DNA of 32,000 nucleotides from Methylophaga frappieri (GCF_000260965.1 NC_017856.1:1770001-1802000), one strand, 5' to 3'. Counted from the stretch's first letter, positions 1-9,903 are shown. The notes: a model not told the origin generated them from the sequence alone. Numbers and translations are program-made.

Positions 1-3000
1 CACTTACTGCTGACCTGGCTGCGTCAACAAGATGACAGCAGTTTAAAAAAAATGCGCGGCATTTTGCATTATCTGCGACTGGTTAGCCAGCATGAACAAA
101 CGACACGACTATGGTGGTGTGCAGAAGCGTTTCTTGAAGCCTTGCTGCAAAAAGGTCTGGAGAATTTTCAGGCTGAGTCACGCACCTTGCTTGGCAAGCT
201 GGTTGCCCCCATCAAAATCGTTAGTGAACAAAACCCGAATGCGCTGTTGGCCGTCTTTCCCGATAGTCTGTTAAAACAGCTGATGCTGATGGTGGCCAAA
301 GCCAATAGTCATGGTCCGCTAATCAGCCATATCAAGCAGCATTATGGGTTATCTTTTTATGACCAGCAGCAGACCATATTTGGTGTTAGCCGCACTGCCC
401 AGTCGGATGCCATCAAAGGCGTGCTTGAAGAATTGCAGCGCATCAAAGATGAGGTGAGTGAAATAGATCCGACTACCTCTGATCTCGGGTTGCAACTTAA
501 CCAACTCACGCCACAAATTGATACGCTCGCTGAGACCTTGGTGATGCTCAATCAAATGCCCGCCAGCCAGATTTTGCGAACACAGCAACAACAGCTGGCA
601 ATGCTGTCAGAAAAAACGAGCCCTGAACAGACTGAGGGACTGGCCGCCCTGGCGGATATTTTGTTGGATCTGGAGAAACAACTCCGCACCGGCATCAATC
701 AATCAGATACGGAAACACAACAACTTAACCGCGTCGTCCTGCAGGAATGCTTGCTGGAACTGGCCAATCTCAAAGAAAGCTTGACGCTGGCAGGACAGCA
801 CCAACAGATTGATTCAACGCTAATGGCGCAAATGACGGCGACGCTAAAACAGCTAAATGGCAGCCTCGTGATGCTCAATCATCCCGAAGCAGCGGATTTG
901 CTTGATGCCGCAGAACGTAGACTGGCAACAGAAACCGCCGAATCCATAACAACCCAAAAACTACAGGATCTCGCTGATATTCTGGTTGCCAGCGAACTCT
1001 ACATGGAATCCCTGCAACAACATGGCCGTGCTGATTCGATGTTGCTGGCAAATGCCAAACAGACACTGGAGCACTTTGGCGAACAATTACACAATGATGA
1101 CAGCGCCGAAGCTGAATCGGTTTCTGAGCCAAGACTAACGGGGGTTGAGCATTATCTGCGACAACGTGACTCAATGCCGCCTGAAACCATTGCGACGCGC
1201 GAAAGTCATGAGCGGATATTGCCCTTAACTGGTGTTGCGCGCTATCTCGAAAAACAACAGGCAGCCCGCAAACTGACCGGGGTTGAGCGCTATCTTCAAC
1301 AACAAGCCAGTAGCACAGTGGTGGCGCTGACTTCTGTAGAGCGTTACCTGCAGCAAAAAATGGCTAACGATGATCATGCGTTAGACGCTCTGACCAGTGC
1401 CACCCAAGCAGACAGTCAAGATCTTTCGACAGCCGCATCGCAAGATGAACTTGATGACGAGATTGCAGCTGTTTTTCTGGAAGAAGCGAATGATGTTCTA
1501 AACTTATTGGCACAGCATATTCCGCATTGGCAATTAACTGCCGATCCTGTCGTACTAGCTGAAATCCGACGTCATTTTCATACTCTCAAAGGCAGCGGAC
1601 GAATGGCTGCGGCAACGGCAGTCGCTGAAACCGCTTGGTCAATTGAAGACTTACTGAACGCGGTCTTATCAGGACTCAGGTTGCCTCACCATGCCTTACT
1701 GAGCGTTGTTCAAACAGCACAAACCGTCGTTGCTGATTTAATTGCACTTTTTGAGCAAGGCAACAATACGCTGACACCATCGGCGGCAACGTTAATCGCC
1801 GAAGCCAATGCCTTGCGATCCGGCGCCCCACAAACTATCGATGTCGATCCCAAACTTTCAGCAAGGCCACTGACCGGTGTTGAGCGTTATTTGCTCAATC
1901 CACCAGTTCGCACCGCGCCGCCATCAGAAACCTCTGTCACACGTTATATTCGAGAGCAGCAAAACGCCCTCGCCACGGCGGATCATGGCCATGATCCAAT
2001 TGAACCGCCAGCCGACATTTCGGAAGATGATGAATTACGACAAATTTTCCTTGGCGAAGCCAGACAACACCTGTTTATTTTGATGGAATCAGCCATGGCA
2101 ATGCGGGTGGGTGATGCCATGACCGAAGCGCAATTAAATGCTGCGCATTCCTTAAAAGGCTGCGCCAATATTGCTGGCGTGACACCGGTCGCCCTCATCG
2201 CCACGGATCTGGATCAGATGCTGCGTGAATGTCACCGGCAACAACGTCGCTACAACAGCCAGCAACTCCACCAACTCCAGCAGATTTACCAAAATCTGTC
2301 GCAATTGGTTGAATTGACTAATGATGGCAGTGAACTGCCCGATATCAGTTTGTTGCATCAACAGATTGAACAGCACTGTCCCGAAAAATCTCTCGTCGAT
2401 GACAACATCATCGTGCTTGATCCACAGCAATTGGTCAGTTTTCTTGAAGAAACCGACAGCTTGCTGGATCAATATACCCGGCAACTGACCACTTGGCAGC
2501 AAAGCGGGCAAGATGAGCAGAAACAATCGCTGAATCATATTTTACGACAACTCGCAGATCACGCTGAGTCCGCTGGTATTTCACCGCTTGCGGCGCTATA
2601 TCAATTGTTGGATGGTTTAATTCAACACCCACAAGCAAATCATTCGGGTATGAGTGCACTGCTGGATCAGGGCTATGAATTACTTAACAATCAAATTGAG
2701 GCGTTAATTCAGCATCAGCCCATGATTGATTTGCCGTCATTTCGTGATGAAATCAATCAATTTTTGCATTCTCTGGAAACAGCCACGTCTGACCTCAGCG
2801 CTACTGAGCCGGTAACTTCAATTACCCCGCAGCCAGAGAATGACTACGATGCCACCGACCCGGAATTACTTAGCGCCTTTACCGAAGAAGCGCTTGAATT
2901 GTTGCAATCCGCCAATGAGGCGATCCGGCTCTGGCAACAGGTTCCGGACCATGATGCCGTTGTCATGCAATTACAGCGTGATCTGCATACCCTGAAAGGC

Positions 3001-5175
3001 GGCGCCAGAATGACCAACCTGGCACCGATGGCCACTTTGACGCATCAAACTGAATCTCTGGTTATGCATGTCACTCAGGCAAAACCAACAAAGGTTGGTG
3101 AAGACTTTTTTGACCTGCTACAACGCTGTCACGACCAACTCAGCGTCATGCAAGAGCAATTGCAAGCCCGTCAGCCGATGCTGGTTAACGACAGTCTTTT
3201 AGCCGAAATCGTGACCTTCACGACGGATGCAGTACCGGATCAAACCGATCCTGTCGTGGCATCGACGTCTGACTCGACCAAGCCTGATGAGATCATGCAG
3301 CCCTCAATGCCTCAGGCAAGTGAGCAAATCCGGGTACGAGCTTCGTTACTTGATTATCTCAGTAATTTTGCCGGTGAAGTCAGTATTTCCAGAGACCGTG
3401 TCTCGCAACAGCATCGTGCACTGCGACAACAACTGGGGGAAATGGAAGAAACCGTCAGCCGCCTGCACGAACAGCTTCGTAAACTTGAAATTGAAACCGA
3501 AACCCAGATTTTATTCCGATATGAAGAGGGACAAGCCGATCATCTCATTGATTTTGACCCGTTGGAACTGGATCGCTTTTCGACAATTCAGCAGCTGTCC
3601 CGAGGCTTAACGGAGAGCGTAATCGACTTGAATGACATCAGTCGCTCCATGGAAAATCTGGTGCGTGAAACCGATACGATTTTGTTACAACAATCTCGTT
3701 TGAACAGTGATTTACAGCAAGGCCTGATGCACACCCGGCTGGTTCCGTTCAGTCATGTCGTACCACGGCTGGAGCGGATTGTCCGGCAAAGTGCTAACGA
3801 ACTGGGGAAGACGGCACAATTGGTTGTCGACGGTGAGGCTCATGAACTAGATCGTGCCATGCTGGATCGCTTAGTGGCGCCATTAGAGCATATTTTACGC
3901 AATGCCTTAGCGCATGGCATTGAAACTGCACAAACACGACAACAACTTGGCAAACCTGATAATGGTCAGCTTCAGATCACGCTGGCGCGCGAAGGTGCTG
4001 AAATTGTTATTCAGGTCAGCGATGATGGCCAAGGCCTGAATATTGATAAGATTCGAGAAAAAGCTTTGGCACTCAAGCTCATCGATCCTCGAAATATGCC
4101 TTCAGATGACTTATTGATGCAGTATATTCTGACGTCCGGTTTTAGTACCGCAGATTCGGTTTCTCAACTGGCTGGTCGCGGTGTTGGCATGGATGTCGTT
4201 AATAATGAAATTCGTGCATTAAAAGGCCGACTCTTGATTGCTTCACAGCAAGGCCAAGGCACAACGTTTAATATCCGATTGCCATTAACCTTATCCCTGA
4301 CTCAGGCATTATTAGTCTCTGCAAGCGGTCAGCAATATGCCATTCCATTATCCAATGTGAATGCTGGTGAGCGGTTACCTGCGGCTGACATTCAAACTTT
4401 GCTCACTCAAGATCGTCCCGTGTATCGATTTGAAGGCGAAGACTATCAGTTTTTTCCGCTAAGCCATTTGTTTGATGCGCCACTCAACCTGCCTGATAAA
4501 GCCAGTCAGCCGATGCCACTGTTATTATTCCGCTCGGGACTTATTAATATTGCACTTCTGGTTGACCGCATTGAGGGCAACCGGGAAATCGTCATTAAAC
4601 CGGTTGGCCGACAACTGTCCCAGATTGCCGCTATCAATGGCGCGACGATTCTCGGTGATGGGCGCGTTGTATTAATTCTGGATATTCCCACACTGATCGA
4701 AGCACATCAGCAGCAAACCAGCTCAAAATTAAATGCTTTGCAAGCCCGCTTAATGCAAACCGCTGAAGCGGCCATGCCGTTAGCTTTGATTGTCGATGAC
4801 TCCATTACCATGCGCAAAGCATCTGGCAAGTTTATGAGCCGGCAGGGCTTTCAGGTTATCACTGCCAAAGATGGTATTGAAGCTCTGGCATTGCTGCATG
4901 AAAAATCACCAGATATCATTCTTCTCGATGTTGAAATGCCGAGAATGGATGGTTTTGAATTTGCTTCAATTGTGCGTAATGACCATCGTTTCCAACATTT
5001 ACCCGTTATCATGATTACGTCCCGCACCGGTGACAAGCATAAACAACGAGCCTTGGCCATTGGCGTCAATGACTACTTGGGCAAACCCTATCAGGAAAAC
5101 GAATTGATTGCCGTAATGAAATCCTTGCTGGGCCAACGTTATCCCGCCAGCCATTCAGAATTTCGGAATTCATGA
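1..5175 (+). CDS. chpA: ChpA/PilL-type hybrid CheA-like histidine kinase of the type IV pilus chemosensory (Chp/Pil) system. Architecture: multiple Hpt domains, dimerisation/HATPase_c, CheW-like domain, C-terminal receiver. The 5' end lies outside the window.
   Basis: ORF 52..5175 stays open in the same frame back to nt 1 (HLLLTWLRQQDDSSLKK-M...), so the N-terminus is truncated. Three canonical Hpt signatures: HFHTLKGSGRMA (His510 of the ORF, nt 1579), AAHSLKGCANIAG (His699, nt 2146), DLHTLKGGARMT (His979, nt 2986). Kinase boxes: LEHILRNALAHGIE (N), DDGQGLN (G1), GRGVGMDVV (G2). CheW-like segment at about aa 1414-1548. Receiver: LIVDDS...DIILLDVEMPRMDG...ITSRTG...GKPY. Confidence 0.9.
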   Translation, partial: HLLLTWLRQQDDSSLKKMRGILHYLRLVSQHEQTTRLWWCAEAFLEALLQKGLENFQAESRTLLGKLVAPIKIVSEQNPNALLAVFPDSLLKQLMLMVAKANSHGPLISHIKQHYGLSFYDQQQTIFGVSRTAQSDAIKGVLEELQRIKDEVSEIDPTTSDLGLQLNQLTPQIDTLAETLVMLNQMPASQILRTQQQQLAMLSEKTSPEQTEGLAALADILLDLEKQLRTGINQSDTETQQLNRVVLQECLLELANLKESLTLAGQHQQIDSTLMAQMTATLKQLNGSLVMLNHPEAADLLDAAERRLATETAESITTQKLQDLADILVASELYMESLQQHGRADSMLLANAKQTLEHFGEQLHNDDSAEAESVSEPRLTGVEHYLRQRDSMPPETIATRESHERILPLTGVARYLEKQQAARKLTGVERYLQQQASSTVVALTSVERYLQQKMANDDHALDALTSATQADSQDLSTAASQDELDDEIAAVFLEEANDVLNLLAQHIPHWQLTADPVVLAEIRRHFHTLKGSGRMAAATAVAETAWSIEDLLNAVLSGLRLPHHALLSVVQTAQTVVADLIALFEQGNNTLTPSAATLIAEANALRSGAPQTIDVDPKLSARPLTGVERYLLNPPVRTAPPSETSVTRYIREQQNALATADHGHDPIEPPADISEDDELRQIFLGEARQHLFILMESAMAMRVGDAMTEAQLNAAHSLKGCANIAGVTPVALIATDLDQMLRECHRQQRRYNSQQLHQLQQIYQNLSQLVELTNDGSELPDISLLHQQIEQHCPEKSLVDDNIIVLDPQQLVSFLEETDSLLDQYTRQLTTWQQSGQDEQKQSLNHILRQLADHAESAGISPLAALYQLLDGLIQHPQANHSGMSALLDQGYELLNNQIEALIQHQPMIDLPSFRDEINQFLHSLETATSDLSATEPVTSITPQPENDYDATDPELLSAFTEEALELLQSANEAIRLWQQVPDHDAVVMQLQRDLHTLKGGARMTNLAPMATLTHQTESLVMHVTQAKPTKVGEDFFDLLQRCHDQLSVMQEQLQARQPMLVNDSLLAEIVTFTTDAVPDQTDPVVASTSDSTKPDEIMQPSMPQASEQIRVRASLLDYLSNFAGEVSISRDRVSQQHRALRQQLGEMEETVSRLHEQLRKLEIETETQILFRYEEGQADHLIDFDPLELDRFSTIQQLSRGLTESVIDLNDISRSMENLVRETDTILLQQSRLNSDLQQGLMHTRLVPFSHVVPRLERIVRQSANELGKTAQLVVDGEAHELDRAMLDRLVAPLEHILRNALAHGIETAQTRQQLGKPDNGQLQITLAREGAEIVIQVSDDGQGLNIDKIREKALALKLIDPRNMPSDDLLMQYILTSGFSTADSVSQLAGRGVGMDVVNNEIRALKGRLLIASQQGQGTTFNIRLPLTLSLTQALLVSASGQQYAIPLSNVNAGERLPAADIQTLLTQDRPVYRFEGEDYQFFPLSHLFDAPLNLPDKASQPMPLLLFRSGLINIALLVDRIEGNREIVIKPVGRQLSQIAAINGATILGDGRVVLILDIPTLIEAHQQQTSSKLNALQARLMQTAEAAMPLALIVDDSITMRKASGKFMSRQGFQVITAKDGIEALALLHEKSPDIILLDVEMPRMDGFEFASIVRNDHRFQHLPVIMITSRTGDKHKQRALAIGVNDYLGKPYQENELIAVMKSLLGQRYPASHSEFRNS
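1135..1350 (+). repeat. Four copies of a short in-frame peptide motif, (L)T(G/S)V(E/A)(R/H)YL followed by a Q/K/R-rich tail, in the ChpA linker upstream of the first visible Hpt domain
   Basis: LTGVEHYLRQR (nt 1135-), LTGVARYLEKQQ (nt 1225-), LTGVERYLQQQ (nt 1273-), LTSVERYLQQK (nt 1327-). The similarity is also visible in the DNA (ggggttgagc[a/g][t/c]tatct). Confidence 0.8.
1870..1950 (+). repeat. Two further copies of the same peptide motif in the linker between Hpt (His510) and Hpt (His699)
   Basis: LTGVERYLLNP (nt 1870-) and the degenerate TSVTRYIREQQ (nt 1930-). Confidence 0.7.
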
Positions 5176-5642
5176 TGACTGCCCAAACCTATGTACACTG
5201 CATGCTGATCCCTTTGTCAGAGCATTTTTTGTTACTCCCCAACACGACCGTGGCGGAGGTGATCCCCCTGCCGAAACAGTTAGCCAAACAGTCCAGCCGG
5301 GATTTACTGCTTGGCAACTATTACTGGCGAGAGACGATGTTACCGGTGATTGACTTACATCACTTTACTTCTATTTCAACCCGTACGGAAACCGATCGGC
5401 CTATCACCAAACTGTGTATTCTGAACAGCATCCATGCGCACCCGAGTCGGCGCTTTTTTGGACTTCCCTGTTGTGGTGCGCCACAACTTATCACCTTGAA
5501 TGCGGATGCCTTACAATTAGAAGCACAGGACACCCCTCAGCCGTGGCTGCATTGCCAGGTACGAATCGGAAATAAGCTGGCTTTGATTCCAAATATGGAT
5601 ACCATTGAACAACATCTTCATCAGCAACTTAGCTCACCCTGA
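5172..5642 (+). CDS. CheW-like coupling protein (ChpC/PilI-like) of the Chp system
   Basis: 156 aa, single CheW-like domain (…FLLLPNTTVAEVIPLP…, …LPVIDLH…, …ALIPNMDTI…). Its ATG overlaps the chpA stop (ATGA at 5172-5175), which suggests translational coupling. Confidence 0.75.
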   Translation: MMTAQTYVHCMLIPLSEHFLLLPNTTVAEVIPLPKQLAKQSSRDLLLGNYYWRETMLPVIDLHHFTSISTRTETDRPITKLCILNSIHAHPSRRFFGLPCCGAPQLITLNADALQLEAQDTPQPWLHCQVRIGNKLALIPNMDTIEQHLHQQLSSP

Positions 5643-5661
5643 CCGTCTGGACAGTTTCTTT

Positions 5662-7617
5662 ATGAAAACCCCGCTTATGCGTCTCTGCAAACCGTTATTT
5701 CTTTTCGCTATTTTGCTCAGTTATTCCTTAGCCGGATTCGCCGCCTCGGACCGGGAAACGCAACGTAAGACCTACGAACAGGCAAGGCAATCGCTTCAGT
5801 CAAATCAGTTAACCGAGTTTCAAAGACTGCGTAATCAACTAGACGATTACCCCTTACAAGGCTATCTCGACTACCTCTATTTACGACAAAGATTGACCAT
5901 GGTGAATGATGACAGCGTCATGGCTTTTTTGGAAAAACATGAGGACACCTTTTACGCAGAACGACTTCGCCAAGCCATGCTCGATAAACTGGCAGCGACC
6001 AAACAATGGTCAAGCTTTTTAAGGTTTTATCAAGAATCTGCCTCCGCTCAACGTCAATGTCAGTATACCCAGGCCTTGATTCATACAGGTCAGCATCAAC
6101 TCGCGCAGCAATCCGCCAAAGCACTCTGGCTGGTCGGTTACTCGCAACCCAAAGCCTGTGATCCTGTCTTCACCTATCTGGCAGCCAATAATGCGATCAG
6201 CGATGACATGCGCTGGGAACGACTGCGCCTAGCGTTGCGTAATAATGCGTTTGGACTGGCGCGTTATCTGGCTAAAACGGTTAATGCCAGTGCCACCGCA
6301 CTTGCTTGGACAGAACGCTGGGAAACGATCCACCAAAATCCCCCCGTGTTGTTGAATCAGTTACCGGCCCAAGTTGATCACAACCGTATCAGTCTGGCCA
6401 ATGATGTGCCGCTTGCCCGAGAAATTATCCTGCATGGGCTACATCGACTTGCCAGACAAGATCCCGATAAAGCCTGGCTGCAATGGCAAAGACTCAAAGA
6501 TGCCTATCGTTTTTCAGACAGTGATCGACAACAAATCCACCGTCAAATTGGGCTTTGGGCAGCATTAAACCGTAGCGACAATGCCCTGCGCTATTTCGGT
6601 GAAACACAAAATGAACCATGGCGTGTCCGCGCCGCTTTATGGCAACAAAACTGGCCTGCAGTGAAAATGGCGATTGCCAGTCTTGATGACAATCTGCGTC
6701 AAGAAGCCAAGTGGCAATATTGGCTGGCAAGGAGTCTGTATGAGACCGGTGATAAAGAAGCTGCAGCCGCGATTTGGCGAACCATAAGTGACGCGCGTGA
6801 TTATTATGCCTTCCTCGCAGCAGACCGGCTTGATCTGGATTATCAGATGCACGACCGGGATATTAATGCGAGTGCAGCGGAACAAGCTGAAATCCGCCAA
6901 ACAGCTGGCTATCAGCGGCTTTATGAATTCTTTCATCTCAATGAAGATTTAGAAGCACGGCGCGAAGTCTATTATTTACAAAACGTGCTCAGTAAACGCC
7001 AGTTAGAATTACTCGCGCTAGAAACCCACCGATGGGGATGGCATGATCAGACCATTGCCTTATTAGGCCGCGCGCAATCCTGGGATCCACTGGATCAACG
7101 TTTTCCTCTGGTCCATACCGAAGCAATACAACAGGCAGCGAAAATGAATAAGCTGGATAACGCTTGGTTAATCGCAATTGCCAGACGAGAAAGTGCTTTT
7201 AATCCCACGGCACGCTCTCATGCCGGTGCGCTCGGGCTCATGCAAGTCATGCCCGCAACCGGGCGCAGCACAGCGAAGCTACTGGGGCAGCCACTCAGTT
7301 CAGTATCGGAATTATTACAACCAGAGAGCAATATTCGTATTGGCAGTCGGTATCTCAAGCAAGTGTACTCAGATCTACAACGTAATCCGGTTCTGGCAAC
7401 GGCGGCCTATAATGCCGGGCCACATCGTGTCAATCGTTGGCTGCCAACTCAGCAAGCCTTGCCAGCCGATATTTGGGCAGAAAATATTCCCTTTAATGAA
7501 ACTCGGCACTATATTCGTGCAGTCATGAGTTACGCGGCTATTTTTGATTACCAATTGCAACAACCAATCACTCGGCTAAAACAGCGTATGCCGGATGTGC
7601 AGCCGGTAACACCGTAA
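5662..7617 (+). CDS. slt: Soluble lytic murein transglycosylase (Slt70 family)
   Basis: SLT catalytic signature IAIARRESAFNPTARSHAGALGLMQVMPATG...AAYNAGP, with a long helical N-terminal region as in Slt70. The signal peptide MKTPLMRLCKPLFLFAILLSYSLAGFA-AS starts at ATG 5662. The ORF-track start at 5605 overlaps the upstream gene and is probably an artefact. Confidence 0.9.
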   Translation: MKTPLMRLCKPLFLFAILLSYSLAGFAASDRETQRKTYEQARQSLQSNQLTEFQRLRNQLDDYPLQGYLDYLYLRQRLTMVNDDSVMAFLEKHEDTFYAERLRQAMLDKLAATKQWSSFLRFYQESASAQRQCQYTQALIHTGQHQLAQQSAKALWLVGYSQPKACDPVFTYLAANNAISDDMRWERLRLALRNNAFGLARYLAKTVNASATALAWTERWETIHQNPPVLLNQLPAQVDHNRISLANDVPLAREIILHGLHRLARQDPDKAWLQWQRLKDAYRFSDSDRQQIHRQIGLWAALNRSDNALRYFGETQNEPWRVRAALWQQNWPAVKMAIASLDDNLRQEAKWQYWLARSLYETGDKEAAAAIWRTISDARDYYAFLAADRLDLDYQMHDRDINASAAEQAEIRQTAGYQRLYEFFHLNEDLEARREVYYLQNVLSKRQLELLALETHRWGWHDQTIALLGRAQSWDPLDQRFPLVHTEAIQQAAKMNKLDNAWLIAIARRESAFNPTARSHAGALGLMQVMPATGRSTAKLLGQPLSSVSELLQPESNIRIGSRYLKQVYSDLQRNPVLATAAYNAGPHRVNRWLPTQQALPADIWAENIPFNETRHYIRAVMSYAAIFDYQLQQPITRLKQRMPDVQPVTP

Positions 7618-7623
7618 ATTATC

Positions 7624-8850
7624 ATGATGCAAACGTATCGAGTTGGCGGCTGTGTTCGTGATCGATTGCTGGGATTACCGGTAAAAGATCAAGACTGGGT
7701 TGTCGTTGGTGCCGATGTCACTACCATGCTAAAAGCGGGGTTTCGTCCCGTTGGCAAAGATTTTCCCGTTTTTTTGCATCCTGAAACGCACGAAGAATAT
7801 GCACTGGCCAGAACCGAGCGTAAAACGGCACCAGGCTATCATGGCTTTCACTTCCATGCTGCCCCGGATGTCACGTTAGAAGCGGATCTGCAACGACGGG
7901 ATCTGACCATTAATGCCATGGCTGAAACTGACACCGGTGAAATCATTGATCCCTATGGCGGTCAAGCCGATTTACAAGCCGGTTTATTGCGACATGTTTC
8001 CCCTGCTTTTGCTGAGGATCCGGTTCGAGTTCTGCGCTTGGCTCGATTTGCGGCGCGTTTTGGATTTTCTGTGGCCGAAGAAACCAGCACCCTGATTCAA
8101 ACCATGATTGAGGCGGGAGAATTACATCATCTGGTAGCTGAGCGTGTCTGGCAGGAAACCGCCAAAGCCCTCGCTGAACCGAACCCTTCTCAATTTTTTA
8201 TGACATTACGGGATGTCGGCGCATTGCCAATTTTATTTCCGGAAATTGATCAATTATTTGGTGTCCCGCAAGATCCAAAATGGCATCCAGAGATTGATAC
8301 CGGCTTGCACACCATGCTGGTGCTAGATCAGGCGGCGCAATTAAGTGACAAGCTGAGTGTTAGATTTGCCGCCTTATGTCACGACTTAGGCAAAGGCACC
8401 ACCCCGTCCGCATCGTTACCCGCACATCCAGATCATGAAGCGCGGGGTATCATTTTAACGGATGCACTTTGTCAGCGACTTCGTGTGCCTAACGACTTGC
8501 ATCAGTTGGCACGTAAGGTGGCCGAATGGCACACCCACTTTCATCGCCTATATGAGCTGACTGCCACACAAATTCTGGAACTACTTGAACAGCTGGATAG
8601 CTTTCGTCGGCCTAGCCTGTTTGAGGATTTTCTATTGGTCGGAGAAGCTGATTTCAGAGGCCGCCCGGGGTACCGTGATCAACCCTTGAAAAATAATACC
8701 TTCCTGATGGCTTGCTTTCAGGCTGCTAACGCTATTTCAGCACAGGCATTTGTTGCGCAAGGATTGACTGGAGCAGATATTGGTAAAGCCATTCGACAAG
8801 CAAGAATCACCGCCATCGATGCTCTTCTGAATCAACAGAATAACGAATAG
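7624..8850 (+). CDS. cca: CCA-adding tRNA nucleotidyltransferase with C-terminal HD domain
   Basis: N-terminus MQTYRVGGCVRDRLLGLPVKDQDWVVVG, RRDLTINAMA motif, HD-domain signature LCHDLGKG; 408 aa. The start could equally be 7627. Confidence 0.93.
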   Translation: MMQTYRVGGCVRDRLLGLPVKDQDWVVVGADVTTMLKAGFRPVGKDFPVFLHPETHEEYALARTERKTAPGYHGFHFHAAPDVTLEADLQRRDLTINAMAETDTGEIIDPYGGQADLQAGLLRHVSPAFAEDPVRVLRLARFAARFGFSVAEETSTLIQTMIEAGELHHLVAERVWQETAKALAEPNPSQFFMTLRDVGALPILFPEIDQLFGVPQDPKWHPEIDTGLHTMLVLDQAAQLSDKLSVRFAALCHDLGKGTTPSASLPAHPDHEARGIILTDALCQRLRVPNDLHQLARKVAEWHTHFHRLYELTATQILELLEQLDSFRRPSLFEDFLLVGEADFRGRPGYRDQPLKNNTFLMACFQAANAISAQAFVAQGLTGADIGKAIRQARITAIDALLNQQNNE

Positions 8851-8856
8851 CCATCA

Positions 8857-8885
8857 CTGCGAGCCTGTGTTTGTTGCCGTATAAT
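8857..8885 (+). promoter_or_regulatory. Candidate sigma70 promoter upstream of mch
   Basis: CTGCGA (8857-8862), 17 nt spacer, perfect TATAAT (8880-8885). AGGATGG Shine-Dalgarno sequence just before ATG 8917. The -35 element is weak. Confidence 0.3.
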
Positions 8886-8916
8886 GCGGATTTTAAATTA
8901 ATGACAGGATGGATCA

Positions 8917-9897
8917 ATGACTGCCCTTTCCGCTAACTGGACCAGTGTCAACGCGAGCTGTCAGCCTCTGGTTGATGAGTTAATTAATCAAGCCGATGCT
9001 TTGCAACTGATTATCAGTACACTCAGTAATGGTACTCGCATTGTTGATGCTGGCATCAAAGCCGTTGGTGGCCTCGAGGCTGGTCGCCGAATTGGCGAAA
9101 TTTGTATGGCAGGTCTTGGCACCGCGACCCTAGGTAGCCACAGTGGCTTTAATGACTGGCCTTGGTCTGTCACGGTGCATACTCAAACACCCGTACTGAG
9201 CTGTCTTGGCAGTCAGTACGCAGGGTGGAGTCTGTCACATAAATCTGATGACATTAAATTTTATGCCCTAGGCTCTGGTCCCGGCCGGTCTTTAGCGGGT
9301 CGTGAAGAATTATTTAAAGAACTGGACTATCAGGACAAAGCCGATGCAACGGTTATCGTTCTGGAAGTTGATCAGATGCCACCTGTCGAGATCGCCGATA
9401 AAATCGCCGACAATTGTGGTATTGCTCCTGAAAATCTGACCTTAATTTTGACCCCGACTACTAGTCTTGCCGGTGTTATGCAGATTGCGATTCGTGTCCT
9501 GGAGGTCGCATTACATAAAGCCCATACATTGCACTTCCCTCTTGAGAAAATTGTTGATGGTTTTGGCACCACACCCGTTGCTCCTCCTGGCGGTGATTTT
9601 ATGACCGCTATGGGCAGAACCAATGATGCTATTTTGTATGGTGGTACAGTGCATTTGTTCGTCAACGCTTCAGATGATGAGGCGCAGCAACTGGCTGAAA
9701 GTATGCCCAGCAACACCTCTTCCGATTATGGTCGTCCGTTTGGTGAGATTTTCAAATCATACGAATACGACTTTTTCAAAATCGATCCAATGCTGTTCAG
9801 CCCGGCACGTGTGATTATCACCAATCAGCAGTCCGGTAAGAGTTTTACCGCAGGCGAATTAAACAGCAAACTGCTGCATCAATCGTTTGGCTTGTAA
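8917..9897 (+). CDS. mch: Methenyl-tetrahydromethanopterin cyclohydrolase
   Basis: Collinear, from memory, with Methylorubrum extorquens Mch: [73 protein letters not shown]; 326 aa. Confidence 0.92.
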   Translation: MTALSANWTSVNASCQPLVDELINQADALQLIISTLSNGTRIVDAGIKAVGGLEAGRRIGEICMAGLGTATLGSHSGFNDWPWSVTVHTQTPVLSCLGSQYAGWSLSHKSDDIKFYALGSGPGRSLAGREELFKELDYQDKADATVIVLEVDQMPPVEIADKIADNCGIAPENLTLILTPTTSLAGVMQIAIRVLEVALHKAHTLHFPLEKIVDGFGTTPVAPPGGDFMTAMGRTNDAILYGGTVHLFVNASDDEAQQLAESMPSNTSSDYGRPFGEIFKSYEYDFFKIDPMLFSPARVIITNQQSGKSFTAGELNSKLLHQSFGL

Positions 9898-9903
9898 GTT
9901 TTT

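Noticed and set aside
2152-2538. 128-aa antisense ORF inside chpA. Similar long alternative-frame or antisense ORFs occur at 3227..3610, 7178..7528, 15994..16428, 22760..23101, 28425..28841 and 29351..29713.
   Set aside because: All lie entirely within strongly supported genes and have no start-site context or family motifs. They show the skewed composition typical of off-frame translation of real genes.
5605-5661. N-terminal extensions proposed by the ORF track: slt from 5605, CitG-like from 10691, fae from 11768, rpmE from 30658
   Set aside because: In each case the extension overlaps the neighbouring gene or lacks a Shine-Dalgarno sequence. The family-typical N-terminus (signal peptide, KPGNV region, Fae MPVI..V.VGE, L31 MKADIHP) begins at an internal ATG with better context.
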